NCBI GenBank assembly: GCA_000934665.2
Contig: KZ538134.1
Location: forward strand, 62,001 to 117,771
Origin: Catajapyx aquilonaris
Taxonomy: Eukaryota
DNA length: 55,771 bases
Direction: 5' to 3'
Below, one piece after another: positions 11,995 through 23,431 of the stretch. Positions within the stretch are counted from its first letter, which is position 1. Every line of letters starts with the position of its first letter. Position numbers and translations under genes: made by a program. A model generated the notes under the pieces. It was given only the letters and a program-made list of their open reading frames with translations, was not told the DNA's origin and searched no databases.

Positions 11995-12674
11995 CAGAAA
12001 TAAACCAACGCAAACACAAGTTTCTTAATGGTTTACATTCGACGTGCCATTTATTCTCACACTTCTCCAGATGGAAACATGATTCCCATCAACATGGAAA
12101 CTACACTAAACCTAGTTACTTAAAAAAAGGAAACCAAAAAAAATTAGAACATAGGCATTTTACTCAGTCAGGATAAAAAAGTCTTTGTCATCTTAAGGAA
12201 TTTCCTTCCTATACCTTATGATTGTGTACCTCATTTTTTTAAAAACATGCTATTGGGGGTGGGAGATGAAATTTGATGAGACCCACCTCGTTTGGAGCAG
12301 GGGGAAAAAAAGTGCAAAGTGTTTCTCAAATAATAAAAACACCCTCGACTCCAAGGCGCAGGATGCTTTGAGAACTACACAAAAAAAAAAGAAAATTGAA
12401 AAAAAAAAAACCACACAGGACCTTACTCGCCAAGGAATGCCACTTCCGCTCCCCCCCAAACCATTTCCCCCCCCCCCATCCTGCTCATCACTCATCGCAT
12501 TCCCCACACAATCACGTCACAGAAAAACACGAGATCTGCAAAAGGTGGAGAAAAAATATATTGTACACGTTCTCATCGCCTCACAAAAATCTCATCATTG
12601 GTGCAAGCTGAACTCACCCTGACAAATATACAAACTTGGGGAAGCCGGAAAAATCCACATTTTTGCCCTTTGCT

Positions 12675-15600
12675 TTAGTACGGCTGATGCCTTTGTACCT
12701 GACGGCCACCACGCTGCTTTCCGCCACCATATCCTTGGTTACCTGGAAGTTCACAGGCAAGAGAAAAAGGCGGGTTGACAATAAGTTCTGCAATTGAAAA
12801 TCGCTTAGGTGCTAAACAATCATGAGTATTGGGGAGGTGGAAGGCGATACAAAAAAAGCTACTTATGTACAAACAGTTCCAATGTACAGAGAAGGAAAAA
12901 AGAAATGTAAAAAAAAAAAAAAACTTACCCTCACACACCCAAGTCACCCAATACGAAATGTACGTAAGACAGGATAATAGTTAGAGAGACTAACGGGAAG
13001 TAGAAAAATATATATACGACAAACCACAATAATGATGGGGAGGGAGCCAGGCACACACACACTCTAATACACCATGCATTTTTGAAAGGTCCTACATCAC
13101 CGAAAATGTAACTACAATTCGGCCCTCCTTCCAAGATTTTAAATGGTAAAAAGAAAACTTGCGCAAGACACGGGAAGCCAAAAAAAATAATATACCTTTC
13201 CCACGGCCACCTCTTCCACCGTATCCCCCATCGTAATTATTTCCATATCCGTAGTCTGCAGCAGAAAAAAAAAAAATTATCCCATCAGTCACGCTATCAT
13301 GTAGAAATAATAACAATGTCCCCACACAGTGGACAGTTTTCTGCTTTAAAAAAAAAATCATGCACGCTACAAAATGTAGTAGTATTGGGGGGAATGTGGC
13401 CTGTGTACTTTGGTGACTCAAGTTTTCCAAAAAACACACTTTCAGTTCGCTATTTTTTTTATTCATATTCTCTTTTTTTATCCGGACAGTCTTTGTAAAT
13501 ATATATCTCATCAATATATATATTTCTCCTGACTCCCTGAACAGTCTTATGTGTACTACCACTTCATTTTTTTTTTACCCCGCACATTCCGCACATTTCT
13601 TTTCACACAATCCACATAACAGCTCCCCGGCGGGAAATAGTCTCTCACAATGGATCCCTGCCTCTGTCTTTTGTGTCTCTTTTATCGATGCCTCACCGTC
13701 ACATCACCATCTGGGGAGTAAATGACTCTTTTCACAACTCTGATCTCAAAAAACATGTGATAAAAAAATAAAACAAAAAACACAAAAAACAAAAAGTACC
13801 AAAAAATAAGGAAACATTTAAGGTGTGAAGCCAAAAATTGTGCCCCCATTTTGGAAACTTTATGACCCCCTCTCTTCTCTGTATAGATACTTTTGACTTA
13901 AAAGAGACCAAAGTGGAAAAAAAAGCACTTCCTCTGGATTTTTGCATCTACTAGTGACGCGTCCGTATAAAGCGGTTAAGTACACCTCTGTTGTGAAATT
14001 GCATTGAGTCACCATTGTACTTGGCTCTTCTTACAAGGGAGAAAAAAAAATCACTCAACAATGACACTCGAGTAAATAAACCCACGTTAAAACTGGTCTC
14101 TAATTCTATGAATAAAAAAATACTCAAGATGGGAAGCAACAATGTTAAAATTGAAAACGCCAAAAATTAATCAACAGAAAACAGCAGGGCAGAGACAAAA
14201 GCTGAGGTTTTACGGAAATCCCTCATAAAGCTTCTCAACACTGCTCACTCGTTAAATGTTGGTGAGAACATCTGCCATGCAAACATTGTATAAATCCACC
14301 AAATCAAGTATGGGTCAAGGGGGATAGTGTAAAAAAATTAATTAATTACAAAACCAGGTTAGAAGCCCCACATGTTACATTAAAACTCGTATACAAGGAT
14401 AGGTTGGGTATGGAAATCTCAAATCGAAAATAACGACAACAATCCAAAGTTAGGTATGAGTGTCATGAAGTTTAAACTCACCCCCTCCGTAGTTTCCGTA
14501 GTTGTACCCGGTGTAGTCGTAGCCTCCATACCCGCCATAACCACCATATCCACCCCCATAGTAGTCGTAGCCTCCATAGCCTGCAAATGAACACCAGAAA
14601 GACGGGGAATCGTCAGGCATGTGCTCTGACCAGGAACACTCAAAACCTCTAACCTTATTTACACACACACATTCTTTCACAACAATACCCAGCAGGAGGA
14701 GAATAAAAAATAGGGGGGGAGGTGGGGCAAACATAAGCGAAGGGCAGCTAATTCAACCACCCATTTAGTCTGAAACAGAATCGCATTCAGCCAGGTTCTC
14801 CATTCGCACATGTCATTTGCTAGGGACAAAAGATATGTATCTTAACGCTTTAAAAGGGGGGAAGGAGTGCACATGTATCAAAGATTAGCTGCCCCACCTC
14901 AATACCTGCCCATACCAACAATTAACAGGTTAAGTATAAGGTGTTATTTGCACACACAAACCAAAAAAACGGGGGTGAGTGGGGAAACATTAGCCCTTTC
15001 GGAAATCCAGCATTTCACAAAAACGGCTGAATTTCCGAATGCGGTGGCGACTTTTCAAAAAACTGTTTAATCGAAAACAAATTGGCAGCACAAGGTACTT
15101 AGCAATCTACAATTCGGGTCGACTAATTTTGCTGAATTTCCCAAAGGGCCGCTCTCTCCCTGAAACAAAAGTAAAAAAAACACCAGTTGGTGGGATAGGA
15201 CGGCTGGGAAGTGAAAAGCAAGGAGGCCAGGACGGAGGAAATTATGCCCAGATGCCTGGAGGTACAAATCCGGGAGACAGGGTAAAAATAATTACTTGTT
15301 CACACTTACCATAGTTGCCATAGCCACCACCATATCCTTGGTTGTAACCATAGCCACCGTAACCTTGGTTCCCCCAGCCCTGATTGCCCCAACCTATAGA
15401 AAAGCGAACGACCCGACCTGTAGTACTCCTCTTTTGTGGATTCTACTGTAGTTAAAAAGCTTCTCCGCTGAATGGAGTGAGCAATGAGTGGGGGGGATCA
15501 ATCAATCAACAGTTGCAATTGGGACTAGAACCAAATCGACCCGCACGGACCTGCCCTACAAGTTCTAAAAATCTTACCTTCTGAAAAAGTCGCCATCCAT

Positions 15601-18600
15601 TCGCAAAAATTAAAACCAAGTTCCCCTCTCCACAGGAAGTGAACAAATATGGATTCAGGTTACTCACAGCCATTTACAACACTTGGTTACATACTCCATA
15701 TCCATCCACTCCACACTTTTACTAATTACTAAGCGACTCTGCCTTCAGGGTTGGGGAAGATGTCACCTCTTTTTTCATCTCTTTTTTCTTTCTTTTTTCA
15801 GAGTCAGTAGGGCAGGCATTGTGAGGGGACAGGCAAAACCAACACAGCTCAAATCAAAAAATGAGTCAGCCAACCAAATAATTCCCTTGTGTGCCAATTA
15901 CCCATAACATAATCATGCCCAGTCTCTCGAACACCATTTCACATTCGTTACACCAAACATTCATTAGCAGCTCCAACCCTGTCTATTCTTTGTCATGTTC
16001 CAAATTAGAGTTAAAAGTGAAACATACGAACAGGATTTCAAAACGTTGTTGCCACATGGAAGTGCTTCTCGCCTTAGGAAAACAAATCAAAAAGGTATCC
16101 TGGAAGCAGGGTGCAAGTTTTTATAGTAGGCTCACAGCCTATGCACTAATTAACTTCACTTGGAATTTTACTGCCTATCCATCTGGTGTCAACGCAAATC
16201 CTGTATTACACACAGAAAGGCTCATCATTTATATGAAGTAGATTTAAAAACCAGTTTACACTACATTCTCAACTTGAATGATGGTTCGAGAGATCGGGCA
16301 TTAGAGCTGGCCCTTCCTCTAGTGTCAATGCCTGGAAAAGTGTCCGGAGGTAATCCAACTGGACACCAAAGAAATGACTTGTGCAGCAGAAATGCACTGG
16401 AAATGCCTCCTTGGTAACCACACCACTTTTTCATTACAACTGAATCCTGTAGCTTTTTCAACAAATTGTCAATCAATCACCAAAATAATGCCTGGAAGCA
16501 TCATTCAGCCTTACAACCAACCATGGAGACTTTTCCAAAATAGTTTTCAAGGTAATTTCTGGAGCTGATGATTCTATGATCTGTAGCTAATTACAACATG
16601 GACACAAGGTAAACTGCTGCACAAGTCAGGCCAACAGTGATGGGACCAGTCTAAATCCATACTGTCTCAATGTCAGGTGATGCTAATTCCAAGTGCAACG
16701 CTTCGTAAATGAATAAATCCTATGGCTTGCAGAGCCCCACGTTAACGCAATACATATGCACAACTATCTCACAATTATCAGTTTCCCACATCTCAAGTTG
16801 AATGAACCCACCAAGTTTTTATCCCATCACTCAAGGCTATCATTTAGTTTGACCCTCATAATGCATGTGACAAATGCTCAAAACAAAACCCTGCATGCTT
16901 CTGCTCTATGAATTGCACTTACACATACGAAATCGCACTGATAGCAGCTGATACCAGAAGTGTTTACGGAATTTTGCTTTGAGCAATAACTGCAACACCC
17001 TCCACCTACTGTAAAAATGCCATCCCCAAAACCCCCCCCAATCACACCCAAACAACCACACATACAACCATCAAATTAAAAAATCAATCCAATTGCAAGC
17101 AAGGCCTACCTCCTCGTCCCCTGCCTCCTCTCCCCCTTCCCCTCCCTCCACGCATCCCACCCCTACCGCGGAGTCCCATGGCGTCGGGCTTGGGGGTTGC
17201 CTTCTTCACATCAACCTCCTTCCCATTGATCGTCTGCTTGGGTGTCTTGAGAAGCTCTTGTACAACCTGCTCTGAGTCAAAGGTGATGAAGCAAAAGCCC
17301 TTGCGCTGGTTCTTCTGTTTGTCGAAAGGCATCTCCACTTCAACAATCTAAAAAATGGATAAGATGAACAGTCCATAAGATTCGGGTTTAAGATTGACAT
17401 GGCTCTTTGAAATGTAATGTACTTACGGTGCCAAATTGTGCGAAATAGGTCTTGATGTCATCATCTGACAGCTCAGGTACAAGCCCACCAACAAAGATTT
17501 TTCCTTGCCGGGCCTTTGCCTTCTTGGGGTCAACCTTTTTGTTGTTGATGACATGGTCACCGGCTGTTAGCACCTGCAAAAGAAGAATGACGTTGCATTA
17601 CCACTCAAATGAGGTTTGAAAAGACCACTCCAAGATTGCCAAGTGAAATTCTCAGATTTTAAAATGCTATCCATCAAGGGTCAGTAGCAGAACTGAACTT
17701 TTGCATCATCACAGAATCATGTGAAATTATACCAGACTTTACTGTTGCATTAGAGGTACGAGCCTACCTTCTCAATGGCTTCTGGTGAGGAGAACACAAT
17801 AAAGGCAAAACCTCGGGACCTCCCAGTGTTGGGGTCTGTCTTGACATTGATACTCTCTATGTCACCATACTTGCTGAAATGCTCACGGAGTTCCTCTGTA
17901 AATAGCAAGGTTAAGGGAAATTAGCCCCTGGTGTCACCATATCAACTCAACTAAAGGAGGAAGAACACTTACTGTCAGTGGTTTCCCAACTCAGTCCGCC
18001 AACAAACAGCTTCCTATAATAGACCGGATAAGATCTGAATTAATATCAAAGTCTCAACACTGTTGATAACTATTCAGGGTGCAAAAAAACTAAAGAGAAG
18101 TATGTGCAAAAGCTCTGCCTCCTGCCATCTCATTACTCTTATGGCAATATATACGAAGTTGGAGGCTTTGTTACCAGAACCAGAAAATATATCTCTTGCC
18201 AAAACCAGCAAAACGTACTTTTTGCCAAGGATACTGCATGATCAAATATCTGAAAAGTATATCATAATAGCAAGTGTGTGGCACGGACCATTTGGCGAAA
18301 AGGGGACATTGGAAAATGCCATCAGTAAGAGTATAATATAAATAGTACAATATGTGAACCAAGTTTCTCTTTGCTCATTTTTCAGTTCTACAAGACTTAG
18401 GTAGAACCCACTGTGAGAAGTGTCTTTTTTGTCACCACAAAAAGAACCCAGGAATAAATACCATGGGTCATCAGCAGGGAGTCAGCAGGGATTGCATCTT
18501 GTGCCCCTCTTTCACACCTGGAGGAGAACAATCCGTGTTAGTTGACAATGTACAATGCACAACAATTCACCCTTCAGTAAGTTTTCTCATTTGCAAAAAT

Positions 18601-21600
18601 TCTCATTGCATTTTGGCAATCAGAGTACAAAACTGTAACAAAGCAAGAAAAATAGAACTCGGGAACTTGATTTTATTCTGCACAACTTTACATTAAGTGA
18701 CTGAAATTTATTGCTCTTTTTTTTTCTCTCCAAGCATTGGAATGTATTGACACTGGCTTCAAGTACTTCACAAAAAAATGTCACGGAGCGCACTTTTCTC
18801 CTACCGGCGACAGGCGTCTAAAAATATGACTCGTCTAGCATTGCAAGGGTTAAAATAGGGATACACCGCCTTTGTAAACTTCATCAACGTTAAGCCTCTA
18901 ATTCGTTTGCCCATGAACTAGTGAATTAACAGTTACTGTTTCAAGCCTGCACTTTTTCCCTTTGGCTGCAGTGTAACAAGCTACCTTCTCGGTAAAGGAG
19001 TAATGAACCCTTAGGCACAACGCCAAAGCTATTCAAAGGCAGGCAAGTAGGAAATAATCTACTATAATTAACCACTCCCTCCCAGCAAAACGTGACCGCT
19101 GCTTTTCCAGTCCCACTTTTACTGCAAAACACACCCTCTTTCCTGCCGCTGCATCACAACCGAAAAGGAAAGGGTGACTGCCTCTTAAGTAAAGTCGGTA
19201 CATCCCTACAGTTCTCAAGACACTGAGAAACCAACCTCCCCATTTAATTCAAATGGACCACTTGTCTCAAAAGTAAAATAACAGCAAGTCTCTTCTTCAC
19301 AACAATGTTATTCCAAGGTGGACACTGAAAGAGAATCATTCTATGGCGTAGCCCAAACAGAGAAAAAAGGACATCAGGACGGCTTAAGAGCTGAAAAACA
19401 CATGTTTACAATGTTGTTGCAAATTGGCAGGGATTCCTAGTCCATGGACAGAAAAACCGGTTTTTAAGACGTATATGATTTTTTAAACCCAGTTTCCTTT
19501 TTTTGCGCTTTATTTCCTGAGCTTCATATACTGCAACTGTCCACAGACTTTACATAGTATTGCAAATTGGAGTCTCAGTGTCTCGTGTGGCTTTAGATTT
19601 CAAGTGTTAGCCACAGCACGCAGGTAGGAAAAAATTGTGCGCCCCAATTATTAAAAGTTACAGTTTGTTGCAATGTTATAAGTTAATTCTTATGCTAAAT
19701 GCCTTAATACTACTAAAAAAAACATGGGGAGCGGGTGTGAGGGGGGGTGATATCCATGCCCACAAAATCTTGAAAAGGTCCGAAGTCCGACTGATGAGCA
19801 CTTAAGGCGTCAGGTAGCTACATAATCTTCCAAACTCTCTTCTAAGAGCAATCTTTTTCAAGTTTGTTCCGGGTAGATGACATGACGTGCACAAAATCTG
19901 GCTTTCTCTTGAAACTTGCTGTGACTATTACTGTGATCTTTTTTAAAAAACTGCATCCAGACAGGGGTGTCACTTGTTGATAATATGCACAATATTGCTC
20001 AAACATATTTCGCGTCATGATTGTTTACATGTGTCAGTGTCACACTAATTCAAGTGGCAGTTGTTCCAAATGGTTGCAGAAGAGCAAGATCTAGACCAGA
20101 GGCCAATCAAAACATTCCACATTTTCTTCCAACTGTGTCTTAAAGCAGCATGAGCAACCTTGACATTACCTTGTCTTGTAAATTCTACCACATTCATTTG
20201 CACTTAGACACCCTGTTATTCGTTTTATCACCTGTACCTGATTGTAGCATGAGTGCAAAAATTTCAAGGTAACACCACATCTTACATTATTCCCTCATAA
20301 AATTTGATTCTCGTTACAATTCCTGTAAATTGAAAAATATTAATTTACACAGGCACGTACAAGATATTCTCATGTCTGGGGGGACGGCTCTACTTCACAC
20401 AAATTGGCCATGCAACCATGAGAATATTTTGCGCACCATCAGGGAAATTACGGAGCCAAATGCACATGTCCAAACAACAGCAAAGCAATGGATCTAAAAC
20501 TACTTCCAATACATGTCTGATCATTCAGAGCGCCATTCATAACCTGCTGCTCCCTATTTGTTACGCTGACAGTTGAGTTATGCTACTGTACGCCCCACAT
20601 CATTTACACTACCTCACGATTGCCATACAGGTAGTCCGCAGTCTACAAACAGGGTAATGTTCCTGAAAATGTCCATAAGTCAGGTGTATACGTAACTCTG
20701 ATCTGCGGAACGATGCTCCAACAAACCGCTTATGCCATGTGCATTTGTTTACATGCACAAAATGTTGTTTCCCAATTATTTATTAATTATCCACTGTTCA
20801 TGTTGAACTTGGGTGTTGGGCAACCTAAGCAGAAGTGACCGAAGGATAATTATAAATTATCCTCCTGGGGAGCCCGTACGTACATACAGATCGTTGTACG
20901 CCGGGTCATTCGTAAACCAGGGACTACCTGTACATGTGCAAATTGTACCAGCACCGTCTTTAGGTGAGGTACACCGGCATTACCACCCCAACCTCCAGAA
21001 ATGCTCCCTTCTACTACACCTACCAATAACAAGTAAAAACATTGCAAGGACAAACCACCCCATGTTTGATCTCGCACCCCCAAAACCTGCAGCATGAATA
21101 GCGCTCCCAATATTAACATGGTGTTACCTGGAAATTATTCACGCTTTTATTTGTCTTTCAGAACAGTACGCTCCTGCAGCACAAAGCCGCGCGAACATCT
21201 AAAAAAATGCCACACAGTACACACCCTCTTTTTTTTTTGTTTCCAAGCCTGCCTCGTGCAACTAATGCTCAACTGCAACCATGTATCTGTTCTACAATCG
21301 CCGCAACTACTCAGTTCACATATCAGACCCATTCCCGTTCGCCCCGTGGCCAAAACCGGGTCGGAATCATCCGTCTGGGGGGCCGATGGCTTCAGATTTC
21401 GCCCCCCAACATGAGAAAAACCGGGCGCCATTTTGCGGCGACCCGAAAATCGAAGTGGGTGGGAGGGTGGGTGGTGGGGTGAAAAGGGGGGTGGGGGACG
21501 CCGCCTTTTGTGCCGATCGAACAAAGCGGGGTCATATTCGCTCTAATTGCAATTTAATTACTGCACATATGACCGGTTGGGGGTTGAAGAGGGGGGGTTA

Positions 21601-21862
21601 ACACTGGGGGTGTTCTAAAGGTGGGTAGGGCGAATGTGGGCGCTCACCTGTCGTCGTCCTTTCCTGGCGCGTCGGCTGAGCCTGAGTCTGGCGCCCCTTC
21701 CCCGGTTCCGTCTGCCCCGTAGCCATCTCCTTCCATCATGGCTCCGTCCCCGTTGAGCTGATCGCCAGCTCCGCCTTGCATCCCATCATAACCTTGGTCG
21801 TCTCCCTGCTGGAACTCACCGTTACCCATACTGTCCTGGGTGAAGTCCTGGTTGTCCGCCAT
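12675..21862 (-). CDS. sqd: RNA-binding protein Squid (hrp40; hnRNP D/AB family): 2 RRMs, RGG, Gly/Tyr-rich domain, PY-NLS
   Basis: Exons 21648-21862, 17973-18013, 17768-17895, 17427-17573, 17110-17347, 15310-15393, 14482-14580, 13196-13255, 12675-12742; DDDRKLFVGGLSWETT, RSRGFAFI, KIFVGGL, QRKGFCFITF, ends QRHQPY*; poly(A) signal at 12050-12055. Confidence 0.93.
17648..17717 (-). ncRNA. SNORD38: Intronic box C/D snoRNA, SNORD38/snR61-like (28S rRNA 2'-O-methylation guide)
   Basis: Minus strand ATTCT-GTGATGA(C)-TGCAAAAGTTCAGTTCTGCTA-CTGA(D')-CCCT-TGATGG(C')-...-CTGA(D)-GAAT with a terminal ATTC/GAAT stem; guide CAGTTCTGCTA+CTGA as recalled for U38, complementary to conserved 28S AGCAGAACTG; sense orientation within squid intron 17574-17767. 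Confidence 0.8.
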
Positions 21863-22069
21863 TTGTATGAATAATTATAAGTATCCCGACACTACAGAGA
21901 AGATCCCCTTCCAAACACAACCGGTCGTCCTCTCCGCACCAACAGAACAAGGGACGGGATGGCAGGGGGTGGCAAGCGGGTGCGGATCCCGGATGGACGA
22001 CTCGCACTCCAGCTCCGGAATAGGCCGCGCCCTATGCGGTCGACTTGGCCTGCGGATCTACATGTGAAT

Positions 22070-22420
22070 CGGGCCAATCACAGACAGACGCGCTGGTCAC
22101 GTGACAGGTTGAGCCGGAGTTGCTGGTGCACGTAGCTGTTGCATCCTAAGTAATAGTTAACCGCAACCAAATAGCTGCGATTGTACTACTAAAGTAGCTG
22201 CTACACTGCCAGACAATAGCTACAAGCAGCTATCGCCACTACCGCCCACTGCGGTATCCAATCACAGCCAGACGCCACCAGCTCAGACTCGCGCCACACT
22301 TCCCGAACCTTCCCGCCAACACCCGAATTCTATCCGACGGACCTACCCGGCAATTGGACCAATCCTGTCGCGACGCCCTATCCGTAGTGGGTGGGAGCCG
22401 GCTCGACATGCGATTGGTCC
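22070..22420. promoter_or_regulatory. CpG-rich squid promoter with several CCAAT boxes and a palindromic E-box
   Basis: CCAAT/ATTGG near 22074, 22258, 22359 and 22413; GTCACGTGAC at 22096-22105; a CRE TGACGTCA lies further upstream near 22935. Confidence 0.55.
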
Positions 22421-23431
22421 GCGTACCAGGCGGGAATAATAATCATCAAAAGGGCGGAGGGAGGAGAGGAAGGGAAGGGGAGGGGGAGGGGGAGACAAAA
22501 GAAAAAAGAAGCCAGGTGAAAGACCCCCCAGTGTTGCCATATTTACAGAGCTGGATTCGTGCCAATATTCGCGACGCACTTGGGGCATGCCCATAACAAT
22601 TGCACGTGTTGGTATGCCGTGCCAGTCGGTTTATGATAGATCTAGCAACAATCGGCAACGACCAACGACGGCCAGTGTGAACCCATGTGTCATGAAGCAT
22701 GAACACGGCAACAATGCGTCATGAACCCAACCAAGGCTATACCGGTTGAGCATAAAAAAATGACCTTAGTAAATAAAGTCAAGGCGAGCAATTATAAAAG
22801 GACTGGCCGGTTCCCTGCAGTACTGTGCAGTAGAGCCGAATATGTCAGGGAAACCCCGGGCCAGATGAAAAGGGCTGATTAGAAAAATGCGAGAAGGCGA
22901 ACTATCGATTTCCAACGCCTGGTTACGTAACCGATGACGTCACACTCAGGCGTATATGCTCTGTGCAGTATGAAACGCAATGAGATCACTTGCCGGCCCC
23001 TGTAAATTCACATCGACACTTAGCGATATACCAAAATGCCAGTGCATTGCCAAATATTCACAAACAGAGGTTTCTGCAACGGTTTCCATGCCAGACACAC
23101 ATTTAAAACGCTATAGCCCATGATAAATATTAGCAAGACGCAGATACACCTACCAGATCACATTTATTTTGATTACAAATGATTGGCGACATGGCCCAAC
23201 TAATTTCTGCATATGAGTACAATTTTGAAGGTGACATCTCTTTTTAAATCCACATAGTTTGTACCCGGAAGCATTTTCAAACGTGAGCCTGACATTTATC
23301 CAAGGTAGCAGTACCCTGCCAACAGTTTTAACTTTAAGGCAGGGCCTATTTTTACAGGCACACATATTTCTCGATGGCAGATTAGTGAAGGCTCATGGGG
23401 CTTTATTTCTCATGGGAATTTTGCGTGCCCT

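Noticed and set aside
11798..12019. Minus-strand ORF and acceptor that looked like an extra squid exon
   Set aside because: It is the antisense of the last coding exon of the plus-strand 168-aa gene and lies beyond the squid poly(A) signal.
16150..16240. Possible second C/D snoRNA in a squid intron (ATGATGA plus terminal stem)
   Set aside because: No CTGA D box and no recognisable rRNA guide.
19789..19815. CTGATGAG suggesting a hammerhead ribozyme core
   Set aside because: No GAAA after the putative stem II and no supporting stems I and III.
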